The notes: generated by a model not told the origin, from the sequence alone. DNA of 64,000 nucleotides from Thermodesulfobacteriota bacterium (GCA_965216785.1 OZ244197.1:1472001-1536000); one strand, 5' to 3'. Shown: positions 18,485-29,351, numbered from the stretch's first letter. A program made the numbers and translations.

Positions 18485-20455
18485 CTATGGGGTTACGATA
18501 TTAAACCAGAACGGGAACGTGTCGATCGTTGCCAGAAAGTTCTGCCAGGCTTCCTTATTGCCCTCTACGCTTGCCTCACCCGACTCTACCTTCTCTGTGA
18601 ATTTTGCTCTTCCGAGGTTTATTTCATCGAGCGCAGCCCGCGTAATCTTGACTGAAGCGTCCGCGTTCTCCTCTTGTTTGCCGATTGTATAGTTCAGCAC
18701 TCCGTTATCCAGATAAAGTGCTGCTTTTTCATTAATATCCGGAAACTCGACGTTGAACACGTATTCCAATTCAGCAGCCTTGGGGCCGTTTAAGCGGACA
18801 CCCAGAAAATCAAAATAAAGCTCAAGGGATAGATTTTTTATTATATCCGGGCTCGCCGTGTCCGGAGTCGGCAGTTCCTTTACCCCCTCTCGAAGTTCTT
18901 TTGCACCAGACAGATAGAAATTACGCCACGGCCCCGATTCTGCCTGGTAACCCATTTGATCATAGGCTAAAGCTAATAGATTGCGTGCTTCTTGATTGTT
19001 GGGCTCTGCAAAAACCAAATGGTTTAACACCATACCGACCCAGCGGTACTCACCTTTATCATATGATTCTTTTGCTTTTTTTAATACCGCGTCCGAGCCG
19101 CCCATAAACTCGACGTACTTTTTGGCGGCCTCAGCGGGAGGCAGGGCGTGTAAATTTGCGGGGTTTCCGTCAAACCAGCCGAAATAGAGCTGGTACTGCG
19201 CTTTCACGTCGTGGTTCACCGTTCCGTAATACCCCCGGTTTGCGAATGTATTTGACAGCTCATCCGGAAGCTCGATCATCTCGGCTATCTCAATCATTGT
19301 GTAGCCTTTATTTGCCAGATTAAGCGTCTGATCGTGGATGTATTTGTAAAGGTCCCTCTGCTTTTTCCAGAAATCCACCACTTCCTCGTTTCCCCAGGTA
19401 GGCCAGTGATGGCTTCCGAACGATACCTCCACCTCATCGCCGTGATTCTCAATAGCCTCGTTAATGTACTTACTCCAAAGGAGCCCGTTACGTACCTGTG
19501 CGCCCCTGAGTGTATATAGGTTGTGCAGCGTGTGGTTTATTTCCTCAGCCTGCATGAACGCCTTGAACTGCGGGAAATAGAACATCATCTCTGACGGCGC
19601 CTCGGCCCCGGGCGTCATCTGATAAATGATATCAACCCCGTCGATGCTCATCTGCTGGCCGGTTTTGTCTATAATGTCGGATGGGTTAATAAGACCGATC
19701 TCGCCAGTTGATGTTGTCTGGCCGAGACCTCCGCCCACGTTCCCCGTTTCATCTTTGTTAAGCAGGTTCCCGTACATATAGCTTGCGCGGCGGCTCATGG
19801 TGTTGCCCGCTATTACGTTCTCGCTCACCGAATGATCGACAAAATCCTCGGGAGCGACAATCTTCACTTTCCCCGATTTTACGTCTTCTTCATCTACTAC
19901 GCCTCTGATGCCGCCAAAGTGGTCCACGTGGCTGTGCGTATGGATCACGGCTACCACGGGCCGCTCTCCGAGATTCTTATTGACGAGATCAAGGGCTGCT
20001 TTAGCTGTAGGCGCAGAAGTTAGCGGATCAATAATAATCCAGCCCGTGTCGCCTTTTATGATTGACATATTTGCCAGGTCAAAGCCTCTTATTTGATAAA
20101 TCCCGTCTACGACTTCGAAAAGCCCGTTAATGCTGTTGAGCTCGCTTTGACGCCAGAGGCTCGGGTTTACAGTGTCGGGAGACTCCCCTTTAATAAAGTC
20201 ATACTGCTTCATGCTGTAGACAATGTTACCGTCTTCGTCTTTTATCACTCCCTCGTCTATAGTCGCGATAAACCCTTTTTTTGCGTTCTCAAAATCCTGT
20301 TTATTCTCAAAAGGAAGCTCTTTAAGGACCTTGGTATTTTCAGCTTTAGTTTCTTCAGTTGCCGGTCCAGGTTCAGCTAAAACTGTTGTATGAAGTACTG
20401 CAAAGACAAGGAACATACAAGTTAGAGCAAACTGTAAAGTTATTCTGTAAGTCAT
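18485..20455 (-). CDS. Exported alkyl/aryl-sulfatase (SdsA1/YjcS-type metallo-beta-lactamase)
   Basis: Signal peptide; NPSLWRQ, RGFDLAN, HTHSHVDHFGG, HNLYTLRGAQVR, SHHWP, RGYYG, C-terminal SCP2-like domain. Confidence 0.93.
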   Translation of the reverse strand: MTYRITLQFALTCMFLVFAVLHTTVLAEPGPATEETKAENTKVLKELPFENKQDFENAKKGFIATIDEGVIKDEDGNIVYSMKQYDFIKGESPDTVNPSLWRQSELNSINGLFEVVDGIYQIRGFDLANMSIIKGDTGWIIIDPLTSAPTAKAALDLVNKNLGERPVVAVIHTHSHVDHFGGIRGVVDEEDVKSGKVKIVAPEDFVDHSVSENVIAGNTMSRRASYMYGNLLNKDETGNVGGGLGQTTSTGEIGLINPSDIIDKTGQQMSIDGVDIIYQMTPGAEAPSEMMFYFPQFKAFMQAEEINHTLHNLYTLRGAQVRNGLLWSKYINEAIENHGDEVEVSFGSHHWPTWGNEEVVDFWKKQRDLYKYIHDQTLNLANKGYTMIEIAEMIELPDELSNTFANRGYYGTVNHDVKAQYQLYFGWFDGNPANLHALPPAEAAKKYVEFMGGSDAVLKKAKESYDKGEYRWVGMVLNHLVFAEPNNQEARNLLALAYDQMGYQAESGPWRNFYLSGAKELREGVKELPTPDTASPDIIKNLSLELYFDFLGVRLNGPKAAELEYVFNVEFPDINEKAALYLDNGVLNYTIGKQEENADASVKITRAALDEINLGRAKFTEKVESGEASVEGNKEAWQNFLATIDTFPFWFNIVTP

Positions 20456-20678
20456 ATTATAATCCTCCTGATTGTGCTTAGTATTGTCTGCCGTTTTTTA
20501 GCGTAGCATGTTTCTAATAGACTACAAATAAAAAGTTCTGACTGATCAACCAGCCTGTCTGGGAGGTGTCAACGCCGGTCCCGCAACACAAGCTTTCCCG
20601 GGTCTTGTGGGTTATTAGCTCAGAGTGCGCTTAGGATTACACTTAGTGCACTTGCGTCAAAGGAGAGGTATTTAATTT

Positions 20679-22736
20679 TTACGGCGCGACAGGCGGTCCG
20701 ATTAATGGCGCCTTCACCGGACTTGCGGCTCCAATGAACACTACCATCGAGTCTCCGCCAGGATTGTCGGATGCGGCGAGTAACTCGAAGTTGTTAGTAG
20801 CCCATACGTTTCCGGACGGGTCGATCTGAACAGACGTGCTCCGTTTTAGGCCGTTGAATAAATAACCCAGGGGAGCTATCGGATCCCCTGTCTCTAAACC
20901 CGGCGGGCAGTTGCTCATGTCTTCCCCGCAAAAATATGAAATAGTCTGTCCGTCAAAGTTCGACACCCACACGTTACTCGCGCCGTCGACCGAAATACCC
21001 CAAGGCAACAGCAGCCCGCCGCCCTTGAACGACCCGATCTCGGTTCCCTCTGAATTTACCTTAATTAAAGACGCATCCGGGTTCATGAAGTCCGGGTCTA
21101 AGGTAAGTGCTATGAAAGCTTTCAATTCAGGTACTGAATTACCATCGCACGGGGCGGTCACAAAGCCTGAGTTCGCCACCCATGCGTTTCCGAACATGTC
21201 GGTAGCGACACCCATCGGCAGCTTGAACCCGGCCTCGGCCGCCTCATCCCCCGAGACGTTAAATATAAGATTTCCGTCGGGGTCGAATTTCGCAACATTA
21301 AAGCTCTCATTCCCGGTTACCCACGCGTTTCCGCCGGGGTCTATGGCAACGTCGAAGGGCGCGACTACGATCTTTTCGTCATCACCAAAGGTATCTTGTA
21401 TTACGAACGCCTGGTCAGGGTCTCCTCCAGGAAATATTGTTACATGGTCAGCGCTGCAGCTGGCGATCCAGATGTTGCCGTCGAAATCTGAAACCGTTCC
21501 CTGAGGATAGAAGATTGTGTTGCCCGCCCCTTTGAACCCGCCGATATCGTTTCCAACTGTAGTAGGGGAAATAGGGGTGCCGTCGGGCGCGAACTTCGAT
21601 ACCGACTGAGCGCGGGCATCCGGATCAAGGGGGCATCCTTCACCCTGAAAAGCGAAGTTCCCTACCCATACGTTGCTGTCCGGATCAAGTGTTATGCCGT
21701 AACCTACGCCGTATGTGCCGCCGCCCTGATAGGGCGCGCCTGGGGCGTCCTCGCCCGTAGGCGTAAGCCTGAGCACGTGGTCGTCGCCGCAAGCTACATC
21801 CGATGGGTTGTCTCTAAACACAAAGTTATTGGTGATCCACGCGTTCCCGTCAGCGTCAAAAGCGGTATTACCCGGGCCGTTCATCTCCATGCCGTTCCCG
21901 ACGTACCTGATAGCGAGAAACCATGCCGTTATGTCTTCTGTGGAGTCGAGCGCGGGCCCGTAAATTTGTTCTTCGAGTGAAAAATCAAACAGTCCGTCCA
22001 CGTTCTGCCACGGGAATAGGGCTATATTGTGAGCCGCTTCAAGAGTATCTCCGGGCTCGTCTCCTCCGGGCGTCGTGGTAAGGTCAAAAAACTCGCCGCA
22101 CTTAATTCCGGAGCGTACGCACGCAGCCAGCATATTGGCCAGGGAATTAAAAGCGCCCCTCGTAGTAGTGCTGCCGCCGTTTGGAAATGTATTCAGGAAA
22201 AATGTAGTATCGCCCGAATCCAGATCGACTAGTCTGGTAAGAATATCCGCGGCGTTTTGAAGACCCGGCGAGGGACCGTCTATTTCACCCTCGTCTAAAA
22301 ACTGCGCCATCGCGTATGCAGTCGCCACTGTCGTCCTCTCATTAATCACAATTTCGTTCTCAATAGGCTTTCTTCCGAGTACAGTTGCTAGACGGACTTG
22401 GCTGCCTGTTTGAATTCTTGTTTGCTGGGATAGAGCCAATATAGGACTTTGAGCAGTCGCGTATATTACTGCGTTTTCATCTGAAGGAAGCTTAGTCCTG
22501 ATTCTGAAAAACCCTGTGTCGTCGGTTAGGCCGGTTCCCAATAACACTACTCCCCTTGGCGTTCCTGTCGAGAACAAAGTAACTTCAGCTGACTCTATCG
22601 GTTCGTCACCGCTCAAAACAAAACCTGTTATGGTTGATTTATTGTCAGAATCGCATGAGGCTAAGTAGAATCCGAAAGCCAGCATTACTAACAATAAGGT
22701 AAAGCGCGGAATGAATCTATGAGTAGAATTAATCAT
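20679..22736 (-). CDS. NHL/Vgb-type beta-propeller lipoprotein
   Basis: Lipobox LASC; repeated D-x-x-GN-x-WV units; INERTTVATAYAMAQF N-terminal domain. Confidence 0.8.
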   Translation of the reverse strand: MINSTHRFIPRFTLLLVMLAFGFYLASCDSDNKSTITGFVLSGDEPIESAEVTLFSTGTPRGVVLLGTGLTDDTGFFRIRTKLPSDENAVIYATAQSPILALSQQTRIQTGSQVRLATVLGRKPIENEIVINERTTVATAYAMAQFLDEGEIDGPSPGLQNAADILTRLVDLDSGDTTFFLNTFPNGGSTTTRGAFNSLANMLAACVRSGIKCGEFFDLTTTPGGDEPGDTLEAAHNIALFPWQNVDGLFDFSLEEQIYGPALDSTEDITAWFLAIRYVGNGMEMNGPGNTAFDADGNAWITNNFVFRDNPSDVACGDDHVLRLTPTGEDAPGAPYQGGGTYGVGYGITLDPDSNVWVGNFAFQGEGCPLDPDARAQSVSKFAPDGTPISPTTVGNDIGGFKGAGNTIFYPQGTVSDFDGNIWIASCSADHVTIFPGGDPDQAFVIQDTFGDDEKIVVAPFDVAIDPGGNAWVTGNESFNVAKFDPDGNLIFNVSGDEAAEAGFKLPMGVATDMFGNAWVANSGFVTAPCDGNSVPELKAFIALTLDPDFMNPDASLIKVNSEGTEIGSFKGGGLLLPWGISVDGASNVWVSNFDGQTISYFCGEDMSNCPPGLETGDPIAPLGYLFNGLKRSTSVQIDPSGNVWATNNFELLAASDNPGGDSMVVFIGAASPVKAPLIGPPVAP

Positions 22737-22902
22737 GAATCCCCCTTCTTTTGCTGAGTTTGAGTGAAATAAAGTTGCCCTAATCTCTATAAAATAAGTC
22801 TAAATACGAAGCGTGCAGAGATCAACTCCTAGTTTGCAATTAGCTCCGGTCACCCACAAATTTAATGAGCAAGCTTCAGTCTCCCATCATATAAAGATAT
22901 AT

Positions 22903-23223
22903 CTAGGAAACGGATACAAGCTTCAATCCCACAACACCTGCTACAATTAAGAGGACGCAAAGAACTTTGAGCACGCTGCTTGGTTCACCTAGTAAGAACA
23001 TGCCAATCATAGCAGTCCCGAATGCTCCGATTCCTGTCCAAACTGCATATCCTGTGGATACCGGGATTGTCTTCAAAGAAAGTGAAAGAAAGTAAAAGCT
23101 AATTATCATACCGATAATAGTTAATATGCTCGGGATGAGTTTAGTCCAACCCTCTGTATATTTTAAGCCTAGTGCCCAACCTATCTCTGTAAGACCTGCT
23201 ATGAGTAAGTATATCCAAGCCAT
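22903..23223 (-). CDS. sugE: SMR-family efflux protein, Gdx/SugE type
   Basis: WIYLLIAGLTEIGWALGLK with membrane Glu; YAVWTGIG; four TM helices. Confidence 0.88.
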   Translation of the reverse strand: MAWIYLLIAGLTEIGWALGLKYTEGWTKLIPSILTIIGMIISFYFLSLSLKTIPVSTGYAVWTGIGAFGTAMIGMFLLGEPSSVLKVLCVLLIVAGVVGLKLVSVS

Positions 23224-23359
23224 CTTAATCCCTCCTTTGGATTGTAATTTAGTCAGCTGAACTTGACTGAGAAATTATTATATATTAGCGTAAAAACTAA
23301 AGGATATTAAACACAATTATCAGTCTAATGGAAGCTAAACTTTGCGTTAATAATTCAAC

Positions 23360-24553
23360 ATGACAATGAGGTCTTATTCAAAAAGTTTTCTACATACCCT
23401 TTATTTATTATTGTTATTAACATTTTCTATAGGATGTTCTCCTAATAACGACCGCATACCTGTACCCGAATCAAAGATAAACATGGCTCAAATACCATCC
23501 ATACCACACGCTCGATTCTGGGGTGATAAACCGCTTCCGGAAGAGCATATTCTGGCTGATTCGCCCGAGGAAATTGAGGCTTTATACCCTGATCTGTTCA
23601 ATAAGTCGCACGAGTACTTGACGATATCAGGCGGAGGGCCTAACGGCGCTTTTGGCGCTGGTTTAATTGTTGGGTGGACTGCTTCCGGCAATAGGCCCGA
23701 ATTTGAAATTGTTACAGGTGTGAGCACGGGTGCTCTAATCGCACCACTTGCCTTCCTAGGGTCCTCGTATGACGAGATGTTACGTGAAATTTATACAACA
23801 ATTTCCCAAAAAGATATCTCAAAAAAGAGGGGTTTAACCGCACTAATTTTTGGTGACTCAATGGCAAGTTCGAAGCCATTGAAAAAATTGATCAGGAAAT
23901 ATATAAATCGTACTGTGCTCGAGGAGCTTTCAGCCCAATATAGCAAAGGCAGACGTCTATATATTGTCACGACGAACCTAGATGCAGAGAGACCGGTAAT
24001 TTGGGATGTTACTGCTATAGCTGCCAGTAATTCCCCAAAGGCGTTAGATCTCATATGTGATGTGTTGTTAGCATCAGCTTCAGTTCCTGTTGTTATGCCT
24101 CCGGTCTATATAGAAGTAGAAGCTGACAGTAAGCGCTACTTTGAGCTGCATGTCGATGGAGGCGCTTCGGCTCAGGTATTTTTCTACCCAGCTTTTCTCG
24201 AATGGGGAGAAAAGATTCTTAAGGAACTGATCCTCAAAGGCAATCCAAAAATTTATGTAATCCTTAATTCCCGATTATTACCTACTTATGAAACAATTGA
24301 ATCTAGACTCATGCCGATAGCAGAACGCTCTATCCGATCTCTTATAAGAAATCAGGCACAATCAGAGTTATACCGTATCTACTACAACTCTAAGCGAGAC
24401 GGTATTGATTACAACCTTGCTTACATACCTGAAGATTTTAATGCTGGAGTCAAGGAGCAATTCGCACCAAAATATATGAAAAAGCTGTTCCAGCTTGGTT
24501 ATAGTATGGGAAGTTCGGGTTCTTTCTGGGAAAAACACCCACCGGGGTTTTAG
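23360..24553 (+). CDS. Patatin-like phospholipase lipoprotein
   Basis: Lipobox-like SIGC; SGGGPNGAFGAG, GVSTG nucleophile, DGG. Confidence 0.9.
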   Translation: MTMRSYSKSFLHTLYLLLLLTFSIGCSPNNDRIPVPESKINMAQIPSIPHARFWGDKPLPEEHILADSPEEIEALYPDLFNKSHEYLTISGGGPNGAFGAGLIVGWTASGNRPEFEIVTGVSTGALIAPLAFLGSSYDEMLREIYTTISQKDISKKRGLTALIFGDSMASSKPLKKLIRKYINRTVLEELSAQYSKGRRLYIVTTNLDAERPVIWDVTAIAASNSPKALDLICDVLLASASVPVVMPPVYIEVEADSKRYFELHVDGGASAQVFFYPAFLEWGEKILKELILKGNPKIYVILNSRLLPTYETIESRLMPIAERSIRSLIRNQAQSELYRIYYNSKRDGIDYNLAYIPEDFNAGVKEQFAPKYMKKLFQLGYSMGSSGSFWEKHPPGF

Positions 24554-24751
24554 CTGAATAAATACTCATGACTTGGAGTACATATTACAAGACTAATCCA
24601 ATTGAATACGGATATAAAATTCCGTTATTATGAATACCATGCGTGTGTGATGTGCTAAAGGAAGCTGCCGAGGTTGTTTAAAACATTAAAGAGCGGTTTT
24701 AATAAAATAGACAGGCATCGTGTGGTTTCCCCGGTGCTATAGTTTTATATC

Positions 24752-25738
24752 TCACTCGGCTTGAATAGGAAATACTACGTTCCAGTCTTTTTTCATATCT
24801 ACAACTGTCCAGCCATTTGATTGCGCATTATCAAGAGCCTTATCGAGACGTCCTATATGTGAATCTTTATCATAAGCCCATTCCCTATCAGCATCCGTAT
24901 GATGAATGAGCGCCATCAGGCTCGGACCCTCACCCGCCTGAGTCCACTGCAGCATTTGCAAGTCGCCATCCGAGTTGCCGAAAGCGGCTATTGGTCTCCT
25001 GCCTATATGGCTGTTAATTCCAACCGGCTTTCCTTCCTTATCGTCAATAAAATCTATCTCAGCTTTTCTGACCAATACAGGCTCACCGCCGCGCATCTCA
25101 AACTCGGTTTTTATACTGCTCCCCACTACTTGCTCGGGCGGGATGCCATACACTTTTTCTGTCCACGGGCGCATGAACTCTATCCCTCCTCCCGAAACAA
25201 TGTAGGTCTTAAACCCGTTTGCGCGAAGGTACGTGAGAAGCTCGAGCATGGGCTGGTAAACAAGCTCAGTGTAAGGACGATCGAACCTAGGATGTTTAGC
25301 GGCGGCTAGCCACTTCGTCACTATTTCTGAAAACTCGGCCTTGGTCATACCCGAGTGCGTCGCCATAAGGAGCTTCATCAGCCCTTCATAACCACTTGCA
25401 GCGAGGGCTTCCTTGTCATTTTCAAGTACCGCCTTAAAAGGCTGCTCCTCTTTCCACTCAGGATGAGACGGGGCAAGCTCCATCACTCTGTCCTTAACAA
25501 AGGCGAGCTGAAAATATATAGGCTGCTCTGCCCAGAGCGTTCCGTCGTTATCAAATACTGCGATCCGCTCTTCGGGCTTTACGAAGGAGCCGCTCTTCGG
25601 ATCAGTTACTTTTTCAACAAAAGTTGTTATCGCCTTCTTGGCAGGGCCCTCGTTCCATGAGGGCAGTGGGTCTGTAGCATATGCTTCAACTGCCGGAATG
25701 AATGATACAAAAATAAATATATAGAGGAATATTCTCAT
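24752..25738 (-). CDS. Exported HAD-family hydrolase
   Basis: Signal peptide; AVFDNDGTLW, IVSGGG, AFGNSDGD. Confidence 0.9.
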   Translation of the reverse strand: MRIFLYIFIFVSFIPAVEAYATDPLPSWNEGPAKKAITTFVEKVTDPKSGSFVKPEERIAVFDNDGTLWAEQPIYFQLAFVKDRVMELAPSHPEWKEEQPFKAVLENDKEALAASGYEGLMKLLMATHSGMTKAEFSEIVTKWLAAAKHPRFDRPYTELVYQPMLELLTYLRANGFKTYIVSGGGIEFMRPWTEKVYGIPPEQVVGSSIKTEFEMRGGEPVLVRKAEIDFIDDKEGKPVGINSHIGRRPIAAFGNSDGDLQMLQWTQAGEGPSLMALIHHTDADREWAYDKDSHIGRLDKALDNAQSNGWTVVDMKKDWNVVFPIQAE

Positions 25739-25823
25739 TTTTCTCACCTGTCCGAAGACAAAGCGAACGGCTGTTGGTATATTAAGTAACAGCCATTCGC
25801 CTCTGATTAGTTTGTCAATTCCT

Positions 25824-27392
25824 TTAAGGCGTTCCCGGGGCTTCCTGCAACTTCTCCATCACCTGATCAATGGAGAAGCTAGCGGCCTTCTGTCTCGGAG
25901 GGAACTCTTTTAAGGTTGCCAAGAACCTCCCCACGTACTCCTGAGCAGGGACCAGCAGGAATACATGGTCCATATACCAGTCGTAATATGTGTTTGAAGT
26001 AAGATTCGCCCTCTCATAGGGGTCTCGTCTTAGATTAAAAAGAAGAGGCAGACGAAGAGGTACGAACGGATCTGCCCAAACAGCCAATGTCCCCTGTGTG
26101 CGCTGCTCGGCAAAGATTAATTTCCAGTCCTTAAACCGAAGGGCGGTCAAGTCTCCATCGTCCGAGAAGTAAAAAATCTCTTCTCTAGGGCTAACATCAG
26201 ATTCACCCAGAAGAAGCGGCAGTGAGTTATAGCCGTCAAGGTGCACCTTATAGCTTCTCCCGTTGAGTTTCGTTCCTTTTAATAGCTGTTCTTTTATGTC
26301 CGGGTTACCCGCGACTGCGGCGAACGTCGGCAGCCAATCCATGTGATGCATAATTCCGTTTGAAACTGTGCCGGCTGGAATCTTTCCGGGCCACCTAACC
26401 GCTGCGGGCACACGCCACCCGCCTTCCCAGTTCGTGTTTTTTTCTCCGCGGAACGGGGTCATGGCGGCGTCAGGCCAGGAATTCATATGCGGGCCGTTGT
26501 CTGTGCTGTAAAACACAATTGTATTGTCCGCGATTCCGAGCTCGTCAATTAACTTTAAGAACTGCCCGACGTGCATATCATGCTCCACCATGCCGTCTGA
26601 ATATTCGTCCTGTCCCGAGATGCCTCTGAGCTCGGACTTTACATGTGTACGTAAATGCATGCGCGTGCCGTTCCACCAAACGAAAAACGGTTTCCCGTCT
26701 TTAACTGCCTGTTCGATAAACGCTAGAGCACGCTCTACGGTCTCGTCGTCAACCGTTTCCATTCTTTTTTTAGTTAATGGTCCGGTGTCTTCTATCTTGC
26801 CGCCTGCGTAGCTATGGATCACACCTCGCGGACCGTATTTTTTTCTAAATTCCGGATATTCTTTCTCATCTGGATAGTCGGGAAGCTCGGGTTCTTCTTC
26901 GGCGTTTAGGTGATAGAGATTGCCGTAGAATTCGTCAAAACCGTGATTGGTGGGAAGGTGCTCGTCTTTGTCCCCCAAATGATTTTTGCCGAACTGGCCT
27001 GTTACATAACCCTGCGCCTTAAGTACGCTCGCTATTGTGGGGTCTTCCTCCTGCATTCCGAGTTCAGCGCCCGGTAGGCCGACTTTGCTGAGCCCAGTGC
27101 GTATAACGCTCTGGCCTGTAATAAATGATGCCCTACCGGCAGTACAGCTCTGCTCGCCATAGTAGTCCGTAAAAATCATGCCTTCGGCCGCAATACGGTC
27201 TATGTTGGGCGTCCTGTAGCCCATAAGACCCCTGGAATTGTAGCTCACGTTGGTCATGCCGATATCATCTCCCCAGATGACCAAGATGTTTGGCTTATCA
27301 GAGTTCTTATTCTCCTGAGCCATAAGCTCCGGCTCAAGCGCGGTTAAAGAAATTGCAATTGATAATACAAATAACAATAATAATCTACTCAT
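25824..27392 (-). CDS. Formylglycine-dependent arylsulfatase (CxAxR type)
   Basis: KPNILVIWGDDIG, QSCTAGRASFITG, GKNHLG, STDNG, GEKNTNWEGG; GGAGG RBS before ATG 27392. Confidence 0.94.
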   Translation of the reverse strand: MSRLLLLFVLSIAISLTALEPELMAQENKNSDKPNILVIWGDDIGMTNVSYNSRGLMGYRTPNIDRIAAEGMIFTDYYGEQSCTAGRASFITGQSVIRTGLSKVGLPGAELGMQEEDPTIASVLKAQGYVTGQFGKNHLGDKDEHLPTNHGFDEFYGNLYHLNAEEEPELPDYPDEKEYPEFRKKYGPRGVIHSYAGGKIEDTGPLTKKRMETVDDETVERALAFIEQAVKDGKPFFVWWNGTRMHLRTHVKSELRGISGQDEYSDGMVEHDMHVGQFLKLIDELGIADNTIVFYSTDNGPHMNSWPDAAMTPFRGEKNTNWEGGWRVPAAVRWPGKIPAGTVSNGIMHHMDWLPTFAAVAGNPDIKEQLLKGTKLNGRSYKVHLDGYNSLPLLLGESDVSPREEIFYFSDDGDLTALRFKDWKLIFAEQRTQGTLAVWADPFVPLRLPLLFNLRRDPYERANLTSNTYYDWYMDHVFLLVPAQEYVGRFLATLKEFPPRQKAASFSIDQVMEKLQEAPGTP

Positions 27393-27433
27393 GTAATTTC
27401 CTCCTATAACTTTTTTCTGCTTGCCATAAATTT

Positions 27434-28516
27434 TTATTTGTCTTTCACGCACCTAAATCCTCCATGTGAGAGCCCAGTGTCCGGGCTTGTTTTTTGCCTG
27501 AACGCGGCCCTGTAGCCCGAGCAATAAGATTCATTACATAAATATGAGCCGCCCCTCTGAACCTTCTTTTCCGCATACGGCTCCACGGGATCGTAGCTGT
27601 CTTCAGGGCCCTTTGGGTTCCTAATACCTTCGGGCTTATTGCTTGTTTCATAATAATCGTGTCTATACCAATCACTTGTCCATTCCCACACATTACCCGC
27701 AATATCGTACAGGCCGTAGCCATTAGGTGGAAAAGATTTTACGGGAGCCGTTACCACAAATCCGTCATTGCCAGTGTTTTTAGAAGGGAATTTGCCATCC
27801 CAGGTGTTGGCTTTGGCGCTGCCTTTATCCACACGCTCCCCGCCCCACGAATAGGGCTTGTTTTCAAGACCCCCACGGGCTGCCCATTCCCATTCAGCCT
27901 CAGTGGGTAGCCGCTTACCAGCCCATTTGCAGTACTCGTTTGCGTCGTACCATGAAATATGTATTACGGGATGTGCGTCAAGGCCCTTAATATCGCTCCC
28001 CGGACCTACCGGGTTTTTCCAGTTTGCGCCTTGTACCCAGAGCCACCACTCATAAAAGTTATTTAAGCTAACCTCTCCTCTGGGTGGATTGAACACGAGT
28101 GAGCCCGGAACCAAAAGGCTGTCATCGGGTTTAGGAGTGCCTTCAGGGAGCTGTTTTTTAAGCTCCTCCCACTTGGGCTTTTGCTCGGCGGTGGTTACGT
28201 ATTTTTTCTCATCAACGAATTTTTTAAACTCCCCGTTTGTAACCTCGGTCTCATCCATCCAAAAAGCATCCAGTAATACTCTGTGCCTGGGGAGCTCATC
28301 GGGACGTGCGAGCTCGTCGTGAGCGCCCATCATAAAATCAGCCTCGGGTATTAGAACCATGCCTTGTTTTGTCTCTAGGTCTTTATTCTTTGTGGAATCC
28401 CCACAAGAGTAAGAGAAGAGAAGAATGAATATAACGAAGGCCAGGCATATATATTCGGCTTCTATATTCGCTTCTTGATTTAAAGACCAATCGCCTAATC
28501 GAATAATAATATTCAC
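27434..28516 (-). CDS. Formylglycine-generating enzyme (sulfatase-modifying factor); start uncertain
   Basis: FWMDETEVTN, HPVIHISW, RLPTEAEWEWAARGG, GNVWEW, RGGSYLCNESYCSGYR (CxxxxC). Confidence 0.93.
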   Translation of the reverse strand: MNIIIRLGDWSLNQEANIEAEYICLAFVIFILLFSYSCGDSTKNKDLETKQGMVLIPEADFMMGAHDELARPDELPRHRVLLDAFWMDETEVTNGEFKKFVDEKKYVTTAEQKPKWEELKKQLPEGTPKPDDSLLVPGSLVFNPPRGEVSLNNFYEWWLWVQGANWKNPVGPGSDIKGLDAHPVIHISWYDANEYCKWAGKRLPTEAEWEWAARGGLENKPYSWGGERVDKGSAKANTWDGKFPSKNTGNDGFVVTAPVKSFPPNGYGLYDIAGNVWEWTSDWYRHDYYETSNKPEGIRNPKGPEDSYDPVEPYAEKKVQRGGSYLCNESYCSGYRAAFRQKTSPDTGLSHGGFRCVKDK

Positions 28517-28775
28517 CTCAAATACAGGAGTACTGCTTGACCCATTCTATCATATTTGCAGCCTAATTCTAAAGAAATCCTCTTAGAAGTTAAGATTGTA
28601 ATGTTCTCTTCGCTCATGCCGGGCCGCTTCCTTTCTCTTTCTTCCAGCGTAGTTCCTATATTTCAGAGTGTATAGCACAGAATATTCCAGAATAGTATGA
28701 AACTATAACAAAAGAATAGTAAGTATTAAATCCCTTGCTTTCCGCTTGCTGACGTTATAGGATTAATTACTAGAT

Positions 28776-29159
28776 ATGGCACTTGAAACACAATTTTCTA
28801 TCTTTGTGAAGAACAGGGTTGGTATGCTAAACGAGCTCTGTACAGCGATTTCTGAAGCCAACATAAATATCAGAGGGCTTTCTACAGTAGTTGAAGCAGA
28901 GTCGGCAATTGTAGGCTTGATCGTGGATGATGCAGATAAGACCAAGGAAGTTCTCCACGAACAGAATCTAAAATTCGGCGAAAGCACTGTTTTGACTGTA
29001 CAGATGGATAACAAACCCGGACAAATTGCTAAGATTACAAAAAAACTTTCCGAGCAACATATTAATATTGTTAACGCATCTTTGACTGCAGAAGGTGAAC
29101 ACTGCTTATTGGTTCTGATGACAACAGACAACAAAAAAGCAGACGAAATCCTGGGTTGA
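28776..29159 (+). CDS. Tandem ACT-domain protein
   Basis: QFSIFVKNRVGML and MDNKPGQIAKI ACT repeats. Confidence 0.85.
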   Translation: MALETQFSIFVKNRVGMLNELCTAISEANINIRGLSTVVEAESAIVGLIVDDADKTKEVLHEQNLKFGESTVLTVQMDNKPGQIAKITKKLSEQHINIVNASLTAEGEHCLLVLMTTDNKKADEILG

Positions 29160-29286
29160 TTTGGGTTTCTAATGCTACCCTTACCTCAGATTGTCATACC
29201 CCCGGAAACCGGTCCACCCACAAAGTTAGCAATATTTATATAACCCTATCTCACGGCTTCTGCGATTATTGATATTTTTGGGAAAC

Positions 29287-29312
29287 AAAAAAGGGAGCCG
29301 AAGCTCCCTTTC
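29287..29312 (-). terminator. Intrinsic terminator downstream of the MBL hydrolase gene
   Basis: Minus strand AAGGGAGC-UUCG-GCUCCCUU followed by a U run. Confidence 0.85.
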
Positions 29313-29351
29313 TGTATTTAATTTTAATGTATTGTTACGCGTTTTCCTTAT

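Noticed and set aside
20551-20625. Cobalamin, TPP or FMN riboswitch in the sulfatase leader
   Set aside because: Only fragments match (CCCGCAAC, CTGAG, ACCGGCG); core elements are missing, and the cobalamin-like fragment is on the wrong strand to regulate a gene
23224-23359. Guanidine riboswitch upstream of the Gdx/SugE gene
   Set aside because: No ACGR-loop twin hairpins or guanidine-I/III consensus seen; the region is AT-rich
28610-28660. SRP RNA (minus strand GAAAGGAAGCGGCC)
   Set aside because: Lacks the CAGG-NCC-GNRA-GG helix 8 and the long flanking stem
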